64,000 nucleotides of DNA from Planktothrix sp. GU0601_MAG3 (GTDB lineage: Bacteria; Cyanobacteriota; Cyanobacteriia; Cyanobacteriales; Microcoleaceae). The stretch lies in NCBI GenBank assembly GCA_035193785.1, contig CP136572.1, forward strand, positions 2,612,578 to 2,676,577, read 5' to 3'. This document shows, piece after piece, positions 23,186 to 33,938 of this stretch. How positions within the stretch are numbered: position 1 is the stretch's first letter; the number at the start of each line of letters is the position of its first letter. Under the pieces are notes generated by a model. The model had not been told where the DNA came from and made no database searches. It was given only the letters and a program-made list of their open reading frames with translations. The position numbers and the translations under genes are program-made.

Positions 23186-24169
23186 ATGAATATTCCCCCA
23201 ACCCTGAATGTCGCCATCGGTCTATTTTTTATTTATTTACTTCTGAGCTTATTAATATCAGAAATACAAGAATTTTTAGCCAGTTCTATTTTTGATTGGA
23301 GGGCTAAAAATTTATATCGTTCGATTCAATTTATTTTGGGAGATGCAGCTACGGAACTTTTATATCAATACCCTTTAATTAAATCTTGGAAAGATTATAA
23401 ACAACGGGTTAATAAAAATTCTATTGGGCCATCTTATATTCCTAATTCCACTTTTGCCTTAGCATTAATTAGTGTAATTATAGAAAAGTCTGGAGTTCAA
23501 CCAGAAATCAATAGTTTAACCATTGATGATTTTATTCTGGCGATTAACTCAGAGGAGATCAAACAGTTTTTCGACCCAGATCAGATTAAACTGTTCAAAA
23601 TTTTAGCTATAAAAACCAAAAATAAAGCTGGAGATACCGCCAATTTTGAATCCTTAGAAACAGCAATCAGCGATTGGTTTCAACAGTCTATGAACCGGGC
23701 ATCGGGGGTTTATAAACGGCAGGTAAAGCTGATTACACTTGCCATTGGATTCATGGTGGCCATGGGATTAAATGCGGATACATTAAATATTACTAATCGT
23801 CTTTTTCAAGAACCTGTTTTACAGGAAAATATCAGTCAAAGTATTGATATTGTCTTAACTAACAATCCTAATTCTTCCTTGAATAACTGTTTGAACTCAG
23901 ATGCTGACTTAACAAAAAATTGTCAAGATTTAACCGAAAATTTTCTCTATTCTTATTTATTCAACTTTTCTTCTTTACCTCTAGGATGGACTCAATCTAA
24001 CTTAAATCAACAGTTTAATTCAGGGGAAAATATTGTTATTCAACTTTTGAAAACCATCATGGGCTGGGGATTAACTGCGATCGCAATTTCCATGGGTTCC
24101 TCCTTTTGGTTTGATCTACTCAACAAATTAATTAACGTTCGGAACACCGGATCAAAACCCCAAACTTGA
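23186..24169 (+). CDS. Hypothetical membrane protein
   Basis: 327-aa ORF; N-terminal TM, GPSYIP, RASGVYKR, C-terminal AISMGSSFWFDLLNKL. Confidence 0.75.
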   Translation: MNIPPTLNVAIGLFFIYLLLSLLISEIQEFLASSIFDWRAKNLYRSIQFILGDAATELLYQYPLIKSWKDYKQRVNKNSIGPSYIPNSTFALALISVIIEKSGVQPEINSLTIDDFILAINSEEIKQFFDPDQIKLFKILAIKTKNKAGDTANFESLETAISDWFQQSMNRASGVYKRQVKLITLAIGFMVAMGLNADTLNITNRLFQEPVLQENISQSIDIVLTNNPNSSLNNCLNSDADLTKNCQDLTENFLYSYLFNFSSLPLGWTQSNLNQQFNSGENIVIQLLKTIMGWGLTAIAISMGSSFWFDLLNKLINVRNTGSKPQT

Positions 24170-24175
24170 AACCAT

Positions 24176-24209
24176 AAAAAACCCAGCTTCTCAAGGAAAC
24201 TGGGTTATT
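24176..24209. terminator. Hairpin between convergent genes
   Basis: AACCCAGCTTC..GAAACTGGGTT with an A-run on the 5' side. Confidence 0.55.
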
Positions 24210-24229
24210 CAAGAAATATTAAAGGGGAA

Positions 24230-26135
24230 TTAGAAGCGGAAAGTTGTCCGCAATGTTCCCACAACAATCGTGTTGTTGTTGCTATTGTGATCAGGATTGG
24301 TGACGACGTAGAAACCCGGTGTCACAGAAATGTACTCGCTGAAGGGGAAGCGATAGAAACCTTCAATATGAATGGAGGTATCTTCATCTTCTAAGCCACT
24401 AATATCATGGCTGACGACTTTCGGGGGCATCCCGACGATTAAACCTCCGGTATCTCCTTCTCGGAGGATATCGGGGAATCCTAACACCGCGGCCCAGTTA
24501 ATAATGTTAGCAGTGTTATCTCCGCCCCGTTTTTGGTCAGCCCAGGTACTCCCAAACCAACCGCCGATGGAGAAGCTGCGAGCCACTCTCCAGTTCATTT
24601 GTACGCCCAGGTTATCTGTGGTTGTGGCGTTTTCACCGAAGGGTTTATTAGCGCCCCAACTGCCTGTACCGCCGGAAACGTATACGTTATCGTTAGTGAA
24701 GTAACGGCGGTTATAATCCAAGGAAAAAACCAGCTTGTCAGTTGGTGCAAAGACTAATTGAGCCATAGCACTATAGGTACCATTGAACAGACCTTGACCC
24801 TGGCTCGCTTGAGAAGCAAAACCATCATCGGCCATATAACCTAGGTTAGCTTTGAAGGCGTGACTAAAGGCATATTCCAGACCTAACCCCGTACCAGAGG
24901 GGCCTTGGAAAGTCGTTGGGTTGAACCGTCCAAAGCGGGAAATTGCGCCACTGGCATCATCGCCAAAGGGAGTCAGAACATCTTGAATATCATCCAAGGC
25001 TAACCCTCTTGCACCGACCCAAACTAAACCCTTTCCTTCAGAGAAGGGGAAACGGTAGGTGAGGTTATCGAGAACAACGTTGCTATTGCGACCATCAATA
25101 CCAGTCCGAGACATTAAGGTGTTGGTGACATCAAAATCACTCAAATTCGGTATGGATTGGGCTTGTAAACGAGTTCTGAGTAAATCTTTACCCGTGAAAC
25201 TGGTATCAAAGTTTAAACGGGCGCGGTAGCCAAAATAGGCTTCGGCGGGGTCATCGCTTTTATGGGCAAACTGACCAACTACGTTATAAGTCGCCCGATC
25301 TCCAAAGGCGTCTCCTGGCCAGAACACCACTTCTCCCCGCAGTTTGGTAGTGGTGGAGAATTGATTGGCTTCCAGTTCTCCTGTACGGGCTTCTAATACC
25401 GCCACTCGTCCGCGCAGACTGGATAATTCGGCGGCAAATTCTTCCATGAGGCGTTGCAGTTTCGCCAAGTCCTCACGGGTGACTAAATCTTTGGTTGCGG
25501 CGTCGATCAGTTCATTGATCCGCTCTAAACAGGCGTTCACCCCAGCAGCGAATTCAAAACGGGTTAAAGCACGATTCCCTTTGAAAGTTCCATCGGGATA
25601 CCCTGCAATACACCCATAGCGTTCTACTAAGGATTGTAGAGCTTGGAACGCCCAGTCCGTCGGTTGAACGTCGGACAGTTGGGATACGGAGGTAACTTGA
25701 GCTTGACCCTTGTTGCCCCGACCTTCGCGGCCATATTCATTAAGTTGTTGCATCACCTCGGCGTTATTAGCCGCATCGCTTTGAGGTGCTGCGTCGAGAT
25801 CCGCTAGGGGAATCTCATTATTAGCAGGAGTTTCGATGCCTCTACTCGGCCCCACTCCAGCATGGGGATTCACGGGAACTTGAGCTAATTGTTGGGATGG
25901 GGTGAGGGTCAAGGTGTCCAAAGGACTTACGGAGACTTGCTCACTAATTTTTAACTCAGTTTGGATGGGTTTCCAAAGGGGTTTCTGCCGGGGCAGATGC
26001 TTCGGTTACCGCTGCGATCGCAGTGGGCCCGGCCTCAGTCACGGGTAACTCTGCGAATGCTGTCATCGGGGTTAATAAACTAGCCCCCAAAACGGCAGGA
26101 CTGAGCAGCCATGCTTTCAGTAGTATTTTCGACAC
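24230..26135 (-). CDS. SLH-domain outer-membrane porin (OprB/SomA type); apparent frameshift at ~25969-25985
   Basis: Signal peptide from GTG at 26135; SVSQLSDVQPTDWAFQALQSLVERYGCIAGYPDG; QFSTTTKL; C-terminal GTLRTTFRF. Confidence 0.93.
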
Positions 26136-26144
26136 TAATCTTTG

Positions 26145-26154
26145 CTCCTCACAC
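26145..26154 (-). promoter_or_regulatory. Probable Yfr1 sRNA target site over the porin RBS
   Basis: mRNA GUGUGAGGAG is complementary to 10 nt of the conserved Yfr1 motif ACUCCUCACAC. Confidence 0.65.
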
Positions 26155-26487
26155 GGGTCTAATTTTGATATTCTAGCAAGCACTTTCACCAAACCTACAA
26201 CCATCAATTAAAATCTGGGATTTTTTTGATGTTGGTTTTGTTCCGACTTCACGGGTGGAAGTGTTGGCACAATCGATTCCACAGGCTCCCACGGACAAGT
26301 TATCCGCCGAACATTATTCACTCACTTGATTGTTGTGAGGTTGTCTGTGGTTCTTGAATTTTTCAGATTCTATCAGACTGAATCTGATTTAACCAGATTA
26401 TACTGATCTGTTGGAAATCCCTATTCTACCCTAATTCCTGCCAGGTGGCTGAACAGATTGGAGCTTGGGCCATTCAAGGGAATTACG

Positions 26488-26531
26488 AATGGGTAATGGG
26501 TAATGGGTAATGGGTAATGGGTAATGGGGAA
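26488..26531. repeat. STRR heptamer array (AATGGGT)n
   Basis: About six tandem copies. Confidence 0.9.
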
Positions 26532-26568
26532 TTGATCAAGTATCTGTAGTGAATATCAACAGCTTATA

Positions 26569-28405
26569 CTATTGAATTAGACGCCGGATTTTGCCGTAGG
26601 CGGCGTAGGATTTGCCGTCGGAAGACTCCCGGACTTCATCCACCACATAGAGAACCCCTTCCGCCCGAATATCACGGGGAAACCGAATATTATAGTTAGG
26701 ATTATAACCATCGGAAACCACTCGCGCCCGGAGTTTGCTCCCTTCCTTAACGCATTGAATAATTACCCCATTACCGACGGTATCAGTTGTTTCTAGGTCA
26801 GCAAAGGATTTGGGTGCTTTAATTGCCTGTAAATTCCTTGATTGTTGCGGGGTTGGGGCTCCCGCTTGGCGTTCTTCTCCCGGTTTGACTAGGCGTTTAA
26901 TTGTGCCGGAAGCTCGGTAAAAATCCCCATTCGCCGAAAGTTTAATTTCTTCGACAATATAAGTCATTCCTGCTTCCCGAATATGGCGGGGAAACTGTAC
27001 ATTTAATTCGGGATTATACCCTTCGGAAATCACCCGAACTCGCAATTTTCCCCCCTCTCGAAGACATTCCACTAATACCCCCTGTTCAAAGGTAGAAACC
27101 GCCTCTAAACTGTTAGCATCTCCGGCGTTAATTCCTCTTAAATTTAAGTCTTCTCGGTTACGGGTGCGGGTTTGATAGGATTGATCCCGCATTTCCTTCC
27201 GGCTGACGGAATCAAAATTTTTGCTTTCAATTCGTTGGGCATAATATTCTAATTGTTCAATTTCTTCGGCAATTTCAAAGATTTCATCTAATAATTTTTG
27301 CTGGATATCCTGAATCGCTGATCGTAGGATTTCCGATGCTTTTTTATACTCTCCTTGATCCGCTAGGCCAATGGCTTTTTCCTTAACCTGAGCAATTCGC
27401 AATTTACTGGTTTGTTCAAAAACCGATTGATTGGGCGGAATTTGCTGGGCTTCTGCCTCTGAACCAATATTAATTGTAACCTGTAATTCCCCTAAAATTT
27501 GCTCAATACTGTCGTTGACAATAGTTTGATATTTATAATTGATGTGGAGCAAGGGAATTTGACCTAACTGGTTTTGGGGAGGAATAATCAGTTGCAGTGC
27601 TAACTGTTTGGCTTCCACTGCATAGACATCTCCAACAAAAACTTCTAAACCATTATCAATAGAATTAGTCCGATAATTATTTAATATTTCTCGAAGTTCA
27701 ATCGACCCTGACGGCTGTAATTTTACCGTTAAATTTTGTGCAACTACTGAGGTTAAACTTTCTAATTCAATCCGAAATACGTCCGCCGCATCATCTGGGG
27801 ATTGAATAAAATAAAAGCGCCCCCCCGCCGCCTCGGCCATGGCAATTAATAAGTCTTCATTAAAATAGGTTCCAAATCCTAATGTTGTGGTAATAATTCC
27901 CTGTTCGGCTTGTTTTTGAGCCGTTTTAGTCAGAATTTGAGAATCGGTAATTCCCAGATTAGCTTGTCCATCTGTTAATAATAAAACCCGGTTTAAATAT
28001 TCCGTATTCAGATGGGATTTAACTTGCTCACAGCCCAATAACCAACCCCCGCTTAAATTCGTACAACCTCCGGCTTTAATTCGATTCAATTGGGAACAAA
28101 TATTTGCTTTATCTGTCACCAGTTGGGGGGCTAAAATTACATCGGCTTGATCATCATAAATAACAATAGAAATAATATCCTGAGCCGTTAAAGATTCTAC
28201 TAATTTTTGCGCCGCTTTAATTGCATATTGCAGGGGTTGACCCGCCATGGAAACCGGATCGATCAATTACTAAACTTAAATTTAATGGCTGTCGAGATCC
28301 AGAATTTTCAGTTTTTTCTCCATTGAAGTTGAGAATTAAATCAACGGCAGTTCCCGTATTGGCGGCAATTAATGAATGGGACAGAGAATAGTTAACCTGA
28401 ATCAT
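26569..28405 (-). CDS. vWA-domain protein with duplicated ~65-aa C-terminal domain; apparent frameshift at 28250-28254
   Basis: MIDAS DRSGSM after repair, GGCTNL, LLTDGQAN; two copies of CxxEGxKLRxRVxSxGYNPxxNxxFPRxIRxxGxxYxVxE. Confidence 0.88.
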
Positions 28406-28509
28406 ATAGCAAGAGGGAATAGGGAATAGGCAATGGGCAATAGGTAAATACTTACTATGAGCAGCTTTTAGCTTTCAAGAATGTCCTAATAGATGTGGCA
28501 ACTGCCATA
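28405..28509. mobile_element. 105-bp TATAGCA MITE-like element, copy 2 (inverted), abutting the vWA start codon
   Basis: Reverse complement matches 15405-15509 almost throughout. Confidence 0.8.
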
Positions 28510-28765
28510 ACTCAAAATCCCCAGGATGAGTGAAAATATAAGGATTAATCGATCACTATAATGGCAATTGCAAGTATTTTCGCTCAAGGATTGTAACAAA
28601 ACTTTATATTCTGGGTTCGGGTTCTCATTCTCCTGATCCTCCTAATCTGATAGAATGGGGTTAACAGAACTGGCAAAACAGCCTCAGTCCCCTCTTGATT
28701 ACCAGAACCGTTGGAATCAAAACAAAAAGATGAGAGATGTTTAAAAAACTTTAGGAGGAGAATCT

Positions 28766-28888
28766 ATGGATTTCGATTTTCGCATTTTGATTGTTTTATT
28801 ACCCCTAGTCGCAGCATTAGGTTGGGTTTTTGTTAATATTGGTGCTGTCGTCATCGGACAAGTTCAACGCTTTTTAAGTAAAAGTTAA
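28766..28888 (+). CDS. psbY: Photosystem II protein Y (below ORF-track cutoff)
   Basis: AGGAGG RBS; MDFDFRILIVLLPLVAALGWVFVNIGAVVIGQVQRFLSKS*. Confidence 0.85.
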   Translation: MDFDFRILIVLLPLVAALGWVFVNIGAVVIGQVQRFLSKS

Positions 28889-28912
28889 ACATAACTTCTA
28901 GGCGATATTTAT

Positions 28913-28945
28913 TCCTATCCTGTTATGATACGGGGTAGGTTTTTT
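28913..28945 (+). terminator. Intrinsic terminator after psbY
   Basis: CCTATCCTGT..ACGGGGTAGG stem followed by a T-run. Confidence 0.65.
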
Positions 28946-28979
28946 AATTTAATATTTAATTTGGGGAATCATTTTTAAT

Positions 28980-29231
28980 ATGTCAATTACAGTGAAGGTA
29001 AAACTATTTGCTGTCTTTCAAGAAGCCTATAAAATTTCGGAGTTGGTATTAAGTTTTCCGCCAAAAACTCCGGTTTCTGCGATTTTAGATAGGTTGATTC
29101 AAGACCACCCAGAACTAGAACCATGGCGCACCGTCACCCAATTTGGAATTAACCTAGAATTTGTTAATCCTGATACTGAAATCCAGGATCAAGATGAAAT
29201 TGTTTTAATCCCCCCGGTTAGTGGTGGTTAA
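28980..29231 (+). CDS. moaD: Molybdopterin synthase sulfur carrier
   Basis: VKLFA N-terminus; C-terminal IPPVSGG. Confidence 0.92.
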   Translation: MSITVKVKLFAVFQEAYKISELVLSFPPKTPVSAILDRLIQDHPELEPWRTVTQFGINLEFVNPDTEIQDQDEIVLIPPVSGG

Positions 29232-29258
29232 TTCCCTGAACTATTAAACAAGGAATTG

Positions 29259-29991
29259 TTAAACTCCGAAATATTTGGCTAAATCCTCAGAAACCACCAA
29301 TTAATTTTCCATCAATGAAAACTTGGGGAACAGTTGTTCCTCCGGTGACTGCTTGTAAACTTTTGGTTGTAATTTCTTTCCCTAAAACAATTTCTTCAAA
29401 AGCAGTTCCTCGGTCTTTTAATAGGGTTTTAGCACGGGCACAGTGGGGACAACCTACTTTTGTAAATAGTGAGACTAAGGGGGGTTTAACTGCGTTTGGG
29501 TTAATATATTTGAGCATAGTTTCTGCATCGGAAACTTCAAAGGGATCGCCAGCGACTTCCGGTTCAATAAACATTTTTTTGATGATCCCATCTTGGACTA
29601 ACATGGAATAACGCCAAGAACGTTTCCCAAATCCTAAATCGGTTTTATCAACTAACATTCCCATCTTTTCTGTAAACTCTCCATTCCCATCGGGAATTAA
29701 GGTAAGATTATCTGCTTCTTGATCTTTTGCCCATTCATTCATCACAAAAGCATCATTCACAGAAATACAAATAATATCATCAACTCCATTTTCCTTAAAT
29801 ATGGGTGCTAAATCGTTATAACCCGGAACATGACTACTCGAACAGGTGGGGGTAAATGCACCGGGTAACTCAAAAACAATGACGGTTTTCTGTGAGAATA
29901 ATTCGTCGGTTATGACATGAACCCATTCATTATTTTTCCGCGTTCTAAATGTTACATTAGGAACCCGTTGACCTGCATGATTTTCTAACAT
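29259..29991 (-). CDS. Hybrid peroxiredoxin (Prx5)-glutaredoxin; apparent frameshift at 29290-29294
   Basis: [12 protein letters not shown]; Grx CPHC and TVPQVFIDG; repaired end [12 protein letters not shown]. Confidence 0.92.
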
Positions 29992-30324
29992 TGGTTTCGC
30001 GTTTATCGTTGTTACTAATTAAGTATAATAACACTTTTCAGGTTTTATTTCAAAATATTAACATCCGTAACTGAATATGACGGCAAATGGTAGGTTTGTT
30101 AAGTTTGATAACAAATTTAAAACCTATGTTATCATAATAGGCAGCAATCTAAGCATCAGACCGAATCACCCACCCCAAGAACAAGTGAATTTCTGTCCCA
30201 TCATATCACTGTGCAGGTTGTCAGAATTTGTGGGTTAAAGCAGTCCTGAGAACCTGTGAGCATTGATGTGATTTGCTTTTGCTTTGCTCCATTAACAGCC
30301 AATCCATCTATTATAAAACCAGAT

Positions 30325-31086
30325 ATGAGCGTACAATCACAATTTGATGAAAAATGCAACGGTGAAAAAATTCTAGTTGCTGATGATGAATCCGCAATTC
30401 GGCGGATTTTGAAGACTCGTCTTTCCATGGCAGGTTACAATGTTGTCGTCGCCGCCGATGGTTTGGAGGCACTAGAAATGTTTGAAAAAGAAAGTCCTGA
30501 CCTTTTGGTTTTGGATGTGATGATGCCGAAACTGAATGGTTATGGCGTGTGTCAAGAACTTCGCACAAAATCCGATATTCCGATTATTATGTTAACCGCC
30601 TTAGGGGACGTGGCGGATCGAATTACGGGTTTAGAATTGGGGGCGGATGATTATTTAACTAAACCGTTTTCTCCTAAAGAATTAGAAGCTCGAATTCATG
30701 CGATTTTAAGACGGTTTAAAGATACGACTTTATCCCAGAGTTTGAGTCCAGAGATGATTCAACTCGAAGCCGTGCGAATTGATACGGTTAAACGACGGGT
30801 TTATAAGGGTGATAAAGTGGTTCCCTTAACTTATATTGAATTCAATCTTTTGGAGTTATTAGTTAAACGTTCTGGAAGTGCGGTTTCTCGTTCAGAAATT
30901 CTGAAGGAATTATGGGGATATACGCCTCGACGGATTGCGGATATGCGGGTTGTGGATGTTCATGTTGCGCGGTTACGAGCAAAAATTGAGGAAGATCAAC
31001 GCAATCCTGAATATATTTTAACGGTGCGAGGTGTGGGTTATTCCGCCCAACGTTTACCCGGTGTGGAAGAAGCAATTGGCGCTTAA
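30325..31086 (+). CDS. OmpR-family response regulator, RpaB/SrrA-like paralogue
   Basis: REC domain with LDVMMPK; DNA-binding WGYTP...RVVDVHVARLRAKIE is similar to but diverged from RpaB. Confidence 0.85.
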   Translation: MSVQSQFDEKCNGEKILVADDESAIRRILKTRLSMAGYNVVVAADGLEALEMFEKESPDLLVLDVMMPKLNGYGVCQELRTKSDIPIIMLTALGDVADRITGLELGADDYLTKPFSPKELEARIHAILRRFKDTTLSQSLSPEMIQLEAVRIDTVKRRVYKGDKVVPLTYIEFNLLELLVKRSGSAVSRSEILKELWGYTPRRIADMRVVDVHVARLRAKIEEDQRNPEYILTVRGVGYSAQRLPGVEEAIGA

Positions 31087-31430
31087 TTTTTTTCAAATAA
31101 AAATTTTTCAAAATTTCAAAACAACTTTGGTTTTTCTTTGACTTTTAAATCTTGGCTACTCCCCTAAAAAACAGAAATTATCACTTTTATAGATGAATAT
31201 AATTTAGGGGTTGATGTCAAAAACATTAGAGGAGAAGCGTTCAGGCAAAAATTAGTAGTCTGAATGTTTCTCCTCTGTTGTTTTAAGAAGGATTTATTCC
31301 CTGTTCCCTACTTTATAACTCGTATTCCGCAGATGCTGATTGAGTCCTATTTATTTTACTGTTTACTCTTTCCTGGGTTGAACATTTTCCCTATTCCTGG
31401 CTTTCGACGAAAGTTCAGTTCTATCAATTA

Positions 31431-31522
31431 CAGGACTTACGCAAATTTGGGGATGTAACCCTAGATGTAGGGGTAATTCATGAATTACCCCTACTATTGA
31501 TAGCGGTGATATGTAAGTCCTG
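31431..31522. mobile_element. MITE/REP-like element, CAGGACTTAC TIR family
   Basis: CAGGACTTAC...GTAAGTCCTG enclosing GTAGGGGTAATTCATGAATTACCCCTAC. Confidence 0.75.
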
Positions 31523-31534
31523 AATTAATCCAAT

Positions 31535-32024
31535 TTATGGATTCTCTCCCCGTAGGACTGCTAATTCTGCCGCAAACTTTTCTTCTAAGCGTTGTAGGAC
31601 AGCTAAATCTTCACTGTTCACTTGGTCTTTCGGCAAGGTGGCTATCAGTTCCTTAATCCGCTCTGAACAATCGTTTAAACCCGCAGCAAATTCATAACGG
31701 GTCAGGGGACGGTTGCCTCTGAAGATTCCATTGGGATCATTACTTAGGATACAACCGTATCGCTCAATAAGGGACTTTAAGGCTTTAAATTCCCAGTCAG
31801 GTGGTTGAAACGCCATCGAATTGAGCCTGAGATACTTGAACGTCAGATGGGAGATCAGAAGCTTGAGCAGTTTGTAGTGACACTGAAGTGACTGAAGTGG
31901 TCTCGGTCACATTTGCCAACTTCTTCGATGGAGCCTTAGTTGCTAAAGCTGCATTGGTTAAGAGAAGCACCGCTCCCAGAACGCCCAGACTATGCTTTAG
32001 AGTCTTCAATAAAACTTTGTTCAT
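31535..32024 (-). CDS. Secreted stand-alone SLH-domain protein (porin N-terminus without barrel); apparent frameshift at 31807-31811
   Basis: Signal peptide MNKVLLKTLK...; VQPPDWEFKALKSLIERYGC...FRGNRPLTRYEFAAGLN, homologous to the SLH region of the porin in this window. Confidence 0.75.
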
Positions 32025-32123
32025 CTTAATACAGGGTTTTTGGACTATTTTACACCTTTTCCTTGCATCCTTATCAGTTTTCATCGCTGAAGCCTCCTTA
32101 CGCTGTCCCCTTTTTGATCTTCT

Positions 32124-32756
32124 TCAGCAAGCCCTAAATAATGCTCGATAAACAGGTTCACCTTTTTCTAAAGTTGATTGTTCTCTTTCCGTGGAAAGGG
32201 GCAGGGGATTTTCTGTTAACCAGTCGTTTTGGGTACGAATAAAAGCGGGATGTTCGGAAAAGCGATCGCACATTTCTACTGCAACTTCCTCGATATCAGA
32301 TTGGACAAAAACCTCCGTTCCTACTGCTAAATAATCGGCTAAATTATTCACTAATTCCGGTTGAACAACTCGGCGTTTTTGATGGCGTTTTTTAAACCAA
32401 GGATCAGGAAATTGAATACTAACTCGTTTTAAACATCCTGTTGGTAGGGACAATAAAATCGGTTTAATTGAAGTATTAGCATTACAAAATAAATAATGCA
32501 AATTAGTTAATCCCAGTTGATCTCGGAAACTATTAGCGTCATCTACTAGGGTTTCTCTAATTTCTAATCCCAAATAATTCCACTGGGGTTCTAATTGGGC
32601 AAATTCCCATAAAAATTGACCTCTAGCACAGCCAATATCTAAATGAATTGGTTGATTAGGATTAGCATAAATCCTTGACCAGTCAGGAGGAATAACCGGG
32701 TCTTTATATTTTTGACTTAGGGGATTAACGTGTTGACGAACTCGGACGCGGGGCAT
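32124..32756 (-). CDS. trmB: tRNA (guanine-N7)-methyltransferase
   Basis: [28 protein letters not shown]. Confidence 0.95.
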   Translation of the reverse strand: MPRVRVRQHVNPLSQKYKDPVIPPDWSRIYANPNQPIHLDIGCARGQFLWEFAQLEPQWNYLGLEIRETLVDDANSFRDQLGLTNLHYLFCNANTSIKPILLSLPTGCLKRVSIQFPDPWFKKRHQKRRVVQPELVNNLADYLAVGTEVFVQSDIEEVAVEMCDRFSEHPAFIRTQNDWLTENPLPLSTEREQSTLEKGEPVYRALFRAC

Positions 32757-32786
32757 AAATAATTACTGTAAAATGAACAATAGGAT

Positions 32787-33827
32787 TTAGTTAAATTGGG
32801 AGTATAATAGTTCTTTATGAACTTTTGCCCTATCTACAAAAAACTCGATTTTTCCCTGGGAAAAGGGTTGATTATTAGCATAACAATCGATCCAGGTTTT
32901 ACTAATTAAATTAGGATCGTTGGGGAGTTGACCGATTTCCCATCCGGGTAATTGTAATTCTTCCATTAAACGGCTAACTTTAGGATCATAACTCAAGGCA
33001 AAACAGCGACATTGTTCTGTAGCTGCCATAATTAAACTATGAAATCGCATTCCAATCATAAATTCTACCCCTCGAAATACTCCTTTTAATTGTCGCGGAT
33101 CTTCTAATATTAGAATCTGACTATTTTCGGGTAGGGCTTGATGTAGAATTTGGGCGATCGCTAAATCTTGAATCGGCTGAAACGGAATTAATAAAATAAA
33201 CGTTTGGGTGGCTTTTTGAAAAGATATTAATGCCTGAGTAATTAATAATAACCGTTCGGGCGTCAGTTGGGGATCGGGTCGTAGGGTCAAGGCGACTCTA
33301 GGGGCGGGTAAATCCCATAATCCGGCCACGGGTCGAGATTCCAAGGCCCAAACCGGATCGGGGGCCAGGGTAAAGGGAATATTCCAGTTAGATAATAACC
33401 TCGCAGAACCCACATCCCGCACGCTCACGGCACTACAGCCGGAAAAGGTTTTTTTTGCCAGCCATCGAGAAAGAGAACGGTTCAAGGGGCCAATACCTTG
33501 CGCCCAGGCGATCGTTGTCAGTTCCATCCGTTGCGCTAATCCCATCAAAGCGCCATAATAAAAAGGACTGATGGCACTGGTTACATCTTGGATCAGGCTA
33601 CCTCCGCCCCAAATCAAAGCATCGGCGCGGCGCAGGGCGTTGAAAACTGCCATCCCATTCATCCGGTCGCAGGCTTCCACCTGATAATGGTTTTGGGTTT
33701 GGCTGGGGTTTCCCGACAAGATAATTGGTTCCACCGTCGGCGGTAGCATTTGTAATAGCGATGCTAACAAAGCCTCATCCCCCCCATTGCCCTTTCCATA
33801 ATATCCACTACAAATTACCCGTTGCAT
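32787..33827 (-). CDS. csaB: Polysaccharide pyruvyl transferase
   Basis: GYYGKGNGGDEALL, GGGSLIQD, MRFHSLI, SYDPKV. Confidence 0.92.
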   Translation of the reverse strand: MQRVICSGYYGKGNGGDEALLASLLQMLPPTVEPIILSGNPSQTQNHYQVEACDRMNGMAVFNALRRADALIWGGGSLIQDVTSAISPFYYGALMGLAQRMELTTIAWAQGIGPLNRSLSRWLAKKTFSGCSAVSVRDVGSARLLSNWNIPFTLAPDPVWALESRPVAGLWDLPAPRVALTLRPDPQLTPERLLLITQALISFQKATQTFILLIPFQPIQDLAIAQILHQALPENSQILILEDPRQLKGVFRGVEFMIGMRFHSLIMAATEQCRCFALSYDPKVSRLMEELQLPGWEIGQLPNDPNLISKTWIDCYANNQPFSQGKIEFFVDRAKVHKELLYSQFN

Positions 33828-33938
33828 GGCCTCCCGTTTCTCCAGTTCCCAATATTAATATTAGATTGTACGCTAATTAAATTAACATAAATATCAGACT
33901 CAAATATTAACTAACTTTCTGTTATCAATTGTCAAATT

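Noticed and set aside
26240..26315. Assignment of the porin leader to a known riboswitch (ZTP, cobalamin, TPP, c-di-GMP)
   Set aside because: The required consensus blocks are absent; it is kept only as an unclassified candidate.
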